Positions 27,773 through 39,095 of a stretch of 64,000 bases of DNA are shown in pieces; the stretch's first letter is position 1; the number at the start of each line of letters is the position of its first letter. This DNA comes from Octopus bimaculoides. Taxonomy: Eukaryota. The position numbers and the translations under genes are program-made. The notes beneath the pieces are model-generated. The model was not told where the DNA came from. It saw only the letters and a program-made list of their open reading frames with translations, and searched no databases. Location of the stretch: the NCBI RefSeq assembly GCF_001194135.2, contig NC_068982.1, forward strand, positions 11,379,567-11,443,566, written 5' to 3'.

Positions 27773-29859
27773 TACAGATTAATTTTTCAGAAACATCCAG
27801 CTGAAGCATGAGTAAAATCCAAAAATGCCCACCCATCACCAACCCCACAAAATAATCAACATTAATACATGCACACACACACACACACACATGTATATTG
27901 TGACATTTATTACTATATTTAATATAAAGAATTTATAGATTTAATATATATGCCCAAATATCCTTAACATATCTTTATTAATTCAAAATCAAATTAATTT
28001 GTATGAAGCACATTAAAAGTTTTGTTTTAAAATACATTTAACTTTTCATTTATTTCTAAAATGTGCTATTTATGTTTAATAAAATCTTGTGAAAAGGTTC
28101 ATAAAAGTCAACTTTATTAAAAATCAGTTGAATACATTTTTCAACATTTAATATCTTCTTGATATGCACGTGAGAAAAGTGATGTTTCTCCACAGAAATA
28201 CTTGGCTAACTACCTAAGAATGATTAAATATATAATGATTAAATATATTGCTACTACTGTCAAGAAAAAGAAAAAAAAAAAAACATTGCTTGTCTTTTAA
28301 CTGCACAATTTTACATTTTACACACTTTCTTATAATAATAAAAATGTTACCATGATAATAAATACCAAGGAAAAAAAAAAGAAGAAGCATTTGTGAAACT
28401 ATTTACTGATAATATATAGATTTATATATATTTACAAGTAAATACATTACAGAGATGTAATATGTTTGCTATTAGGACAATTTATTCAGTTTTTAAATTA
28501 TAACAGTTTTACAATGATCTGGGAAGACAGCTATTTACTTTGGAGAATATCTATGATACATCTACTTTTATGAAAAAGATATCTTTTATAAAATGAAGAT
28601 TAATGAATTTGTTTTTGATCCTTGTTAAAGAGTAAAAAAAATATTTTTCTCATTGTGAACTCTACTGTGCAAAAATTCATAAATTCATTAACTTGTGTTT
28701 TTAAAATATGTTTACTAAAATTCTTCAACAAAAGGTATATATTCACTTTTTTTTAATTTTTAACTAAATTTTTACTTTAAAATCACAAAAATATTAAAAG
28801 GAAAATATTTGTGATACCATACAGCTCAAAATACTAGACAATATTTTTTTACAAATAGATCAGTAGATATTTTGAATAAAATTCTCCAAAACACAGTTTC
28901 AGCACGAAACATAGGAAATTTTTGTAAGCAAAGAAAAAAATTAGTAAATTGCTTTCAAAATATTTATTTATAGGACAGATTCTTAAAGCATTATAAAATT
29001 GACTGCTGCCTGTTCAAATTATCACATTCTTTGCAATTTCTGCATGTAATAACAATAATTTTTTTTTCTTTTTGTATCCTTAATATATATTTTGACTTCC
29101 TGTTTTTTATGTAATTGATTTTGTTTCAGTGTTTTTCTTTTTAATTTATCATCATACATTCATCATATTTTTATGGCGTTAGGTGACAGTAGACACATTA
29201 ACTAAAAATTGTAAAACAAAATATATTATTGTTAACAAATTTTGTTTATGACACAAAATGTATAATAGTTAGAATACCATCTGCTACTTAACTATCTTTC
29301 TTTTCTAATTGATACAGTTCTTGTAGTAACAGTAATTGTTGACTGGTCTACAATGAAAAATATTCTTATGCAAAAGTAAGGAAGTACTGGTTTCTTTGTA
29401 ATAAATTTTCCCTTCTTTTATTGATTATAGCTATTTGGCTATGACCATGCTAGGGCACTAAAATAGTTTTTAAAAGGCTAAACATTTGAAATTATTTTTC
29501 GAGATCTAGTAAAATTGTTTTTAATGGCTTTAAACATATGTGTCTAACATTTAACTGCAGATATCTTCTTAAGAAATCTGAAGTTAAATGTATTTGAAAA
29601 ATTAAACTAATTTGTGAAAAGCATTTTTTTAAAATCATTTTTGCAGTTATTATTTCTTATTAAAATACAAAACTGATTTCTGCTAAAGAAATCAACCCTG
29701 ATCCATCATTGCAACTTATTTTGTTAGTATTGGAGGTCAAAACCAAGGTCAGTATTTATAGGATACAAAATTTCAGTACAAATCTAGTTAAATGAAAAAC
29801 AATTGAAAGTTTAACATAAATAATGATAAATACAGATTATTTTTCACTCGATAAAATTA

Positions 29860-30200
29860 AAATTTCATGGTTGCCTGCCCAGGCTTCACTGCTTGTCAAA
29901 CAAAGAAGGGCAAAATATCAATATATTAGCCACTCTGACAGATTTGTGGTCAAGCCTGTGGCAGTGGAGATCTCTGGTATTCTTGGTCCCTGGACTATAT
30001 CTCTGCTCACTGCTATCCGGGCAAAGATGGCTGTCTGCAAGTGCAAGCCCTGTGAGTTAGAGTGGTTGTTCCAGCATATCTCTCTCACCTTCCTCTGGGG
30101 CAATACCTTTTCCACTTTGTCTGCAAGGACCATGAGGCAGATTGACAAGCCTCTTTAGTCATAGCTGCTGTATCTCTCTCTCAAAAAAAAAAAAAAAGGA
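29860..30200 (+). mobile_element. 3' end of a CRE-like non-LTR retrotransposon (C-terminal restriction-like endonuclease region) with poly(A)
   Basis: KYQYISHSDRFVVKPVAVEISGILGP...LFQHISLTFLWGN resembles the KY...F.PVAVETxGxxGP...LFQRISxxxQRGN motif; A-run at ~30183-30197. Confidence 0.7.
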
Positions 30201-31735
30201 AGTTAACTGAGATGTAATGTAACTGGAAAATGGTTGTTCACTTAACTTGGCTGATGGTTCTTATTCTACTGACTTTAGATAGAAAAAATGTGAAGTACGT
30301 AGTAAACAGATTTTTAATCTAGATGAGGGCAGCGTCAAATACAGCATTTTAGAGAGTTAGCCATTTTCGCAACTCTGCTGCAGATGAATATTTAAAATAG
30401 ATGGATAAATAAACAAAACAAAAGAATAAGCTTTAATTAATGTATCTCATTAGAAAATACAATAATCTTGTGTCATAAGTCAATCTATTTGAACAATTTT
30501 ATGGCAAACAAACCAAAGTAATGCTGTTGTTTTTTATTCTGACCCAGTCTACAACTGCTGTTACCACGAAAAAGTATATTAATCAGGAAAATAAAATAAT
30601 TGATTAGCGGATGGGATTCATCACTACCTTGATTTATGTTACAAACCAATAGTCTGCTCCAATATTGATTGATAAAAATAAAATGAAAATAAAATCAAAC
30701 TGCATTTTTTTTTTTCATTATAATTCTATTGATGTAGCTGAAAACTATAAAACAATGTTTCTAAACTTTATATATTTAGAATAAATGAAAACATTTCAAA
30801 AGTAATTTAAAATTTTAAAAAACAAGCATAAAAATCTACAAATTAAAATTTGGTTGAAAAAAGAGAAATTCTTTTATAGTTGAAAACATAATCCTGCTTT
30901 TATTCATTTGAGAAAAGAACAAGGAATATTATGAAACCCGATAGATGCTTCTGACTAAGAGCTAAAATAAAATGAAATAAAATGACTTGCACAACGGTCT
31001 GTAGCAATAATTTCTGTTTTCAGATTAAAAACTAATTAGATACCTACATTGTTGAGATCACCTTTGGTTTTATGGTACAAAACCTTTTGTCTGAAAGGGT
31101 TTGCATTTCAGTGAAAGCATTCCATCATAATTATATGGAAAAATCTTTTCTTATCTAACAAGCAATAATAAAATTTTTAATAATTTTAAAAGTAATATAT
31201 CAGAAGAAATTAATATTTCTATTACAACTTTGCTGTGAGAGTGAGTTGATTGGAACTGCAGCCTTCAGTGTCTTATAATGTTTATTTTACACTCCATGTT
31301 CAAAATCGGCCAAAGTTGAAATTACCTTTCTTATCAATTGCCAAATGCTTTTAAATTTAAAGCAGTGAGATCATGCACACCCACATGGCACTTTTATATG
31401 TGAGGTTACATGGACCCTTGAGAGCCAAAGTCTTGATCAATGGCACATTGTAGACTCTTCTGCAGAGTGAAAATAGCAAATAGATACAATAGTAGGTTGC
31501 CTGTTCATAGATTCATGATTGTTAATCTGCTACAAACATTTAATTTTTTTTATTTATTGTTTTTAGAAAGTTAGCTTTATATTACTCTGATCTAGTCTTC
31601 CAAATATTGGGAATAGGCACCATGTTAACAAGAAATATTATCTGCAACAGACTCAATTTATCCAGGGGTGGGAGAAGATTTATTTCTAATTTGCTTCCCA
31701 TCATGAAACCACAAGTTTTTAACAATATCTTAGAT

Positions 31736-31948
31736 TTATTCAGATTACTCTATCCAATGTAATGCTTATTCGTTCATTTTGTTTTAAATTAATCCTGCAT
31801 TAACTTGTAGCTTTGAGATTTTGATTGTGTGATTGGATATTTTTAGAATGACATTATAGTGTAGGGGTGAGAGACAGGATTTGGCTGGTTTGAACATAAA
31901 ACAGGTGGAATATTTAGGCTGGCCATGGCCAGTTTAAATGCTAAAGGG
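31736..31948. mobile_element. piggyBac-like MITE, same family, opposite orientation, one end truncated
   Basis: Ends taaatgctaaaggg|TTAA; internal sequence is the reverse complement of 18319-18534. Confidence 0.6.
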
Positions 31949-32444
31949 TTAAAAGGCATTTACACTGTAGACAGATAAATATATCAGGTGTATACAAATG
32001 TTCAGCATGAGTAGAAAGGCCCAAACTTTTGACAATCTGGCCAATCAATCAATATCCCCTTTAATTTGATCAACTGTAAATTCAAGCAGGAAAAAAAGTA
32101 ACATGAACAATAAACACAGCATTGCTATATATAACAAGATTAGTTCCAAATATGCACAAACACACGTGCATACATATGCATGCATTTTATAGGCCATAGG
32201 ATATGAGCTATTTATGTGTTTATTTCCAGGATTTTGTGTAATAATGTGGGAACAATTTAATTCTTATCTGATAATTTGAAAAGTTGCAAATTAGCTTCAA
32301 ATTTTGGCCCAAGGCCAGCAATTTTGGGGAAGGGAGTAAATCAATTACATTGACCTCAGTATTCAAATGGTTCATATTTTATTGACCTTGAAATGGTGAA
32401 AGGTTAAAATCCACCTCAGCAATATTTGAACTTAGAATGTAAAA

Positions 32445-33590
32445 ACACATTGATTTTTCAAAAAACAAAGATTTTGTATTATTTCTGGCTTTACACATTT
32501 TAGTAGAAAAGTCAATACATTTAGCCAATCAGTATCATCCATGATGACCCTGATAAGGTAATTGACCAATCACAGTTGCTGCATTATGTGATTGAGGACC
32601 AAGATGTCGTTTGCAGATAACATACTCTAGGAGAAAGCTGTCCAGTCTTTGAAAAAATGTTTGTGCTATGCATGTCATTCCTATGAGAAAAAACAATTTT
32701 GTTGCATTTAATAATGACTGCTGGAAACAATTTGTTGATTTCGTAGCAGATTGTGACAGAAATTTGATTGTAAACAACCAACACCACCACTAACTTATGT
32801 ACACCAACCACTATTACCATCACAACAGCCACCACCAATCAAGGGAACCTTTGTATGGTTATTCAATCTGTTTGAAAATGCAGTCAAATCTCCCTAAAAT
32901 CTCATTCAACTATTTTAAATATTGATTTATTGGAATGTAGGTATTGATAATAGAGAAAAATAAAATGATCACAACAGGAATTTCTGCTTGACCGGGACTA
33001 GTCTGGAACTAAACAACAACATGAGCAACATATACATCACATTTAGCAATATAACCTCTATAATTATTCTAGAATCTGTTAATTTTAGAACATGGTGTAT
33101 ATTATTTATATATTTCCTTTAAACTTTCATAATGAAAATGTCACAAATAGATTTATGTTATTGTAATTATACAAATCATACTCATTGCAAGCTGGAGTGA
33201 TGATTTTTCTGGTGGCTGTGTTGTAAGATCATTCCAAAAATTAATTCCCATCACAGTTTTCATGATAGCTTTGTTCTCTTTGCAATTGAATTTCAGGCAC
33301 TTTTTGTGAAACCAACAGAGTGTTTGGAGCTGTCATTATTAAAAGCAATAAAATTGTCTTTTGTTAAAGAAACGACATGCACTACACAAGAATTTGATGA
33401 AAATTGGATAGCTTTCTCTCAGGATGTGTTATCTGCAGATAACATCTCGGTCTTTGACTACATAATATGGCAATTGTGATTGGTCAATTGTTTTATTGGA
33501 GGTCATCATAGCCCTGTGATATTGCTGCTGATTGGTTAAAGGTAAAAAAAAACTTGAAATAATAGGAATTCTGTTTTTAACCAATTAATG
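32445..33590. repeat. Old inverted repeat, arms ~32445-32765 and ~33295-33590
   Basis: Shared blocks when reverse-complemented: gtcattattaaa.gcaa.aaaattgt, tgacatgca, ggac/tagctttctc, gttatctgca, gtgattggtcaatt, ggtcatcat, ctgattgg.taaa. Confidence 0.75.
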
Positions 33591-34164
33591 TGTAACTTTA
33601 TTGGTTGGTATAATCAGCTTTGAAATATCTCTCTTTTATCTTTTACTTGTTTCAGTCATTGGACAATGGTCATGCTGGAGCAGTTCCTTGAAGGATTTAT
33701 GTTGGATGAATCAAACCAAGTACTTAATTTTTTTAATCCCAGTACTTATTCTATTGCTCTCTAGCCAAACTGCTAAGTTTCAGGGAGATAAACAAATCAG
33801 ATTGGTTGTTAAGCAGTGATGGAAACAAACACAAACATGGAGACATCACACATGGATTTATATATATACATATATATATATATACATATATATATATATN
33901 NNNNNNNNNNNNNNNNNNNNNNNNNNNNNNNNNNNNNNNNNNNNNNNNNNNNNNNNNNNNNNNNNNNNNNNNNNNNNNNNNNNNNNNNNNNNNNNNNNNN
34001 NNNNNNNNNNNNNNNNNNNNNNNNNNNNNNNNATATATCCACACATACAAGTCATCAACTTACAACCTATCCGACTTTAGAATGGTTGGCACACCAGTAC
34101 CCAGCAGCAATAATAAATATACTTATTCTATTGATCTATTTTGCCGAACTGCTAAGTTACACAG

Positions 34165-34560
34165 ATGTAACTTCAGGCCTTCCTCAATTTGCTTTGCTTA
34201 TGTCTTCGGTGCTCTGTGCTGGATTAACTAACCAGTACATGGATCACTGCCGCCACAAATGTTGGTGTGGTAGTCTTCCAGCGCTCATCCTGCAAACATG
34301 ACCCAAATCACTGTAGCCTGTACTGCTGGACTTGGTCTTCAAAGTTGGCTGCTACTGGTATTGTCCTGACATGTCGTTTGAGATTCTGTGGCATAGAGAG
34401 ACACCAAGGATGAGACGAAGCTACTGCACTTGGAACAACTATTTTATAAGCCAAATTCCATATCAGCCGAACTTGATTTGAGCAGCAAGTGAGCTCAAAA
34501 CATCGTGACACTGGACTATATTCTAAAAAAGCATCATCGAGTCAGCTTCTTATAGCTTGC
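34165..34560 (-). mobile_element. Degraded RTE-like LINE C-terminal fragment
   Basis: Frameshifted LRLILGVSLCHRISND...RLQ(W)FGHVCRMSAGRLPHQ, matching the LRRILGIxWxDRIxNxE...RLxWxGHVxRM pattern. Confidence 0.65.
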
Positions 34561-35550
34561 TTCAAATCCAAATGATGTAATTAAATAGTTGGAAAATGTT
34601 CCTTTTAAACCATAGCAACAGAATATTTTAGCAATATAACTATAAATAATTAGATGTATAGAAAAATGTCAGCAAACAATCTATCATATTGGAAGAACAT
34701 TTAGCTCTATAGTCAATTGACCTTTCTTAGATGACTCACTTTGTCAGCAAACAGAAAAATAATAATTCATAAACAACTATTTTTCAAGTAAAACTGATAA
34801 AGAAAAAAAAAACAATGAATCAAACCAAAAGAAATATTAATTATTTCTATTCAAGATATATTGCTTGAAATAGTAACTAACTTAAATGTACATGAAAAAT
34901 TAAATAAAAAATCTGAAAATCTCTACTACATTGTAATATAACATGTTACATTGGATAACACTGTTTAATATGAAGTTAAACTAGAATACATTATTTTAGG
35001 TTTGTAAGTGAATAGGTGCAAGCATGGCTGTGTGGTAAGCAATTTGTTTCCTGATTCCTAGTTTTTGCATTCAGTCCCACTGCATGGCCCCTTGGGGAAA
35101 TGCCTTTTACTATAACACTAGGCCAACCAAATCCTTGCACATGGATTTGGTCAGCCTGAGGCTATATTAGAAGACACTTACCCAAAGTGCCATGCAGTGG
35201 GACTGAACCCGGAACCATGTGGTTGGTAAGCAAGCTTCTTACCACACAGCCAAATTTGGTTTGTCATTGATTAAATATTTCATATTTTGGATCTGTAAGT
35301 TCTTTTACTTGTATCAGTTTTTAGACTGTGGCCATGCTGGACCACCACCTTGAAGAATTTTAATCAAACAAATCAACCTCAGGACTTATTCCTTGTAAGC
35401 CTAGTACTTATTCTATTGGTGTCTTTTGCCAAACTGCTAAGTTATGGGGATTTAAACACATGAACAACGGTTGCCAAGTGATGGTGGGTGGGGGGGGACA
35501 AACACAAATACACAAATACATACATACATATATACATACATACATACATG

Positions 35551-35607
<57 letters not shown>

Positions 35608-35618
<11 letters not shown>

Positions 35619-35768
35619 GGGAGAATTCACAAAAAAACAAAAGACGAAGACAGGTGGTGTAGGAAACAAACAGGTGTATTAGTATAATGCTCAGGAATTG
35701 AAAAAGTCTTTAACATTTCGAGCCTACGCTCTTCCACAGAAAAGAACATAGAAAGAAACAAGGAGAGA
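35608..35768 (-). mobile_element. Second, more decayed copy of the Penelope-type terminal repeat with hammerhead-like motif (35707-35745)
   Basis: Reverse complement reads TCTTTT-CTGTGGA-A-GAGC gtag GCTC-GAAATGTT-AAAGA; flanks similar to 57244-57430. Confidence 0.55.
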
Positions 35769-35770
35769 AA

Positions 35771-36203
35771 CATCATCATCATCGTTTAACGTCCGCTTTC
35801 CATGCTAGCATGGGTTGGACGATTTGACTGAGGACTGGTGAAACCGGATGGCAACACCAGGCTCCAATCTAATTTGGCAGAGTTTCTACAGCTGGATGCC
35901 CTTCCTAACGCCAACCACTCAGAGAGTGTAGTGGGTGCTATTACGTGTCACCCGCACGAAGGCCAGTCAGAGAAAAATAATGTGTGTAGTGGTTAGCGAT
36001 CTATCATGATCGTACTGGTTGCACATAAAAGCACCCATTATACTCTCAGAGTAGTTGGTGTCAGGAAGTGCATCCAGCAGTAGAAAACCATGCCAAATCA
36101 GACTGGAGTCTGGTGCAGTCTTCCAGCGTGCCAGCCCAGTCAAACCGTCCAACCCATGCCAGCATGGACAACGGACGTTAAATGATGACGATGATGATGA
36201 TGA
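35771..36203. mobile_element. Head-to-head pair of SINE family C (gaagggcatccagctgta motif, (ATG)n tails)
   Basis: (CAT)n-cgtttaacgtcc... at left and ...ggacgttaaa-(TGA)n at right. Confidence 0.75.
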
Positions 36204-36301
36204 AGTAATAAACCAAGGACAGGAATTCCTTCAAATGGGTGTGTAAAACATCCAATTCATAACAAATAAATTATTTGATTGTCAATTGAATCTCTCTAAT
36301 T

Positions 36302-36342
<41 letters not shown>

Positions 36343-37179
36343 GCTTCTTTCAGTTTCTGTCTGCCAAATCCACTCACAAGGCTATAGTAGAAGACACTTT
36401 CTCATGATGCCACACTGCGTGACTGAACCTAGAACCATGTGGTTGGGAAGCAAGTTTCTTACCACACATGTCCCCATAACGAAGCAGTTCAGCAAAAGAG
36501 ACTGATAGAGTAAGTATCAAGCTTTAAAAAAAAATTATTATCATGGTCGATTCATTGGACTGAAATTCTTCAGGGCAGTGCCCCAGCATGGCCTCAGACT
36601 AGTGACTGAAACAAGTAAAAGATAGAAGATAAAATATATCCATAAGAAAATAAACAACTTCCTTGTTCTTTTCCCCAGTCAAGATCTACAAAATATAATT
36701 TATAAGCTGGTGCCTACCTCACACAATCAACAAACAAAACATAAGCATGAAAATAATAAAGAATACTTTCTTATCTTCTTGGGTCTGTCAGGAGCCTTAC
36801 AGGCTCATTAAACTGGAGCCTATCCCACTTTCTATGGCTTATCAGTTACCTAGTGTACAATGCACCCCATCCCCTACTCTGAATGGGAGGTCAACTTGTC
36901 ACATGGTTAACTCTGTTGCTGCCACCCATTTTCAGCAGAGGGAACTACAGCAATGTGACTGACATGAAGTTTTTTGTTCAAAAACAAAACTTGCCCACCC
37001 AGCTTAAGAATCAAACTTTTGACCATGTGAGATCATCAATCCTATACATACTCACCATTAAGCTACATACCTTCACATAATAGACAGCATGCAATGAATA
37101 AATTACTCATGCATAGATATACATACAAATAAAAAAGAAAGAAAGAACTATTAAAAAATAATGACTATTAGCATGAAAG

Positions 37180-37900
37180 TAGCTATGTGGGTAATAAGCT
37201 TGGTTCTCAACCACATGGTTCCTGGTTCAGTCCCACTGCATGGCACCTTGAGCAAGTGTCTTCTACTATAGCCTTGGGCAGACCAAAGCCTTGTGAGTGG
37301 ATTTGGCAGATGGAAACTGAAAGAAGCCCATCGTATATATATATATATATATATATATNNNNNNNNNNNNNNNNNNNNNNNNNNNNNNNNNNNNNNNNNN
37401 NNNNNNNNNNNNNNNNNNNNNNNNNNNNNNNNNNNNNNNNNNNNNNNNNNNNNNNNNNNNNNNNNNNNNNNNNNNNNNNNNNNNNNNNNNNNNNNNNNNN
37501 NNNNNNNNNNNNNNNNNNNNNNNNNNNNNNNNNNNNNNNNNNNNNNNNNNNNNNNNNNNNNNNNNNNNNNNNNNNNNNNNNNNTATATATATATGTATAT
37601 ATATATATGTATACATATATTTATGTGTGTGTGTCTTTATGTGTATATTTGTATGTGTCTGTGTCTTTATGTGTGTGTGTCTGTATGTGTGTGTGTGGGG
37701 GGTGTCCCTGCCCCCACCGTCGCTTGACAACCGATGCTGGTGTGTTTATGTTCCTGAAACTTAGTGGTTCGACAAAAGAGACTGATAGAACAAGTTCTAG
37801 GCTTACAAAGAGTAAGTCTCTGGGTTGATTTCTTCAACTAAAGACGGTGCTCCAGCATGGCCACAGTCAAATGACTGAAACACGTAAAAGAGATAAAAAG
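37180..37900 (+). mobile_element. SINE family B (gap in its microsatellite)
   Basis: Full head and tail motifs. Confidence 0.85.
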
Positions 37901-38344
37901 AGAATTGGAATAATTTCAAAAGTGCAAGAAATATCATCGGTCAGATTTCACATTTATAATCAAGTGTAGCAAGTGGACTACAACACTACCAGCAGCTTGT
38001 AACAGATGATAATACTGACTGATGGAGGTGAAGCTGAAGAGGATTTTAATAAATGTAATAAGAATCTTTTATGACAGAGAACATTGACAAGGTAGCTTTT
38101 ATCATTGATAATTTTATGTAATGCAAATAGAGACCTCCAGAGGTTGAATGACATTTAGAAAATTAGTACAGCTACTACTCACACACTAAAAAACACTAAA
38201 TCAGAAGAGATATACTAAGAACTGTGTTATCATAAAATCTATTAAGAGAACTTGATCAATGTTACAAGTGGAGATAAAAATAGTAAACGGTCTAATGTTT
38301 TGGAAGAAGTTCATAGTTGCTTCACTGTTGCTTCGTAGCATTGT

Positions 38345-38484
38345 TGTTGTCTTAAGAAGCTTGTTTCCCAACCACAAGGTTCTGAGTTCAGTTCCACTTC
38401 GTGGCACCTTGGATAAATATCTTCTACTAAAGCCCCTAGCTAACTAAAGCCTTGTAAGCAGATTTGGTAGACAGAAACTGAAAG

Positions 38485-38527
<43 letters not shown>

Positions 38528-38832
38528 GGGATATTCAGCTCACAATTGTAAGGTCATAATTTCAATTCCCAGCGATGCATTGTCCTTGAGCAAGACACTT
38601 TATTTTCATGTTGCTCCAGTCCACTCAGCTGGCCAAAATGAGCAGTTCCTGTATTTCAAAGGGCCAGCCTTGTCGCACTCTATGTCACGCTGAATTTCCT
38701 TGAGAACTGCGATAAGGATATACATGTCCATGGAGCGCTCAGCCACTTGCAGGTTAATTTCACAAGCGAGCTAAGCCGTTGATTGTATCAGTTGGGACCC
38801 TCATCATCGTAACCAACAGAGTGCACTTATAC

Positions 38833-38869
<37 letters not shown>

Positions 38870-39095
38870 GTCATCATCATCATCATCATCATCATCGTCA
38901 TCATCATCATCATCATCATCGTCATCATCATCATCATCATNNNNNNNNNNTTGTTTGTTTAGTCCCCATTACTTAGCAGTTTGGCAAAAGAGGCCAACAG
39001 AATAACTGCTCAAAAAAAAAAAAAAAAGAAACAAATGACTGGGGACAATTTTTCTGATTAAATCCTTCAAGCTGGTGCCTCAGCATGAATGAAAC
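38345..39095 (+). mobile_element. SINE family B interrupted by a fourth SINE-like repeat (38525-38830) and (CAT)n
   Basis: B head, (TG)n, then ...tgtccttgagcaagacact...ttgctccagtccactcagctg..., (CAT)n, gap, B tail. Confidence 0.7.
38833..38940. repeat. (CAT)n microsatellite
   Basis: Read directly; abuts a 10-N gap. Confidence 0.9.

Noticed and set aside
38779-38976. Poly-histidine ORF
   Set aside because: (CAT)n microsatellite at a SINE tail next to a gap.
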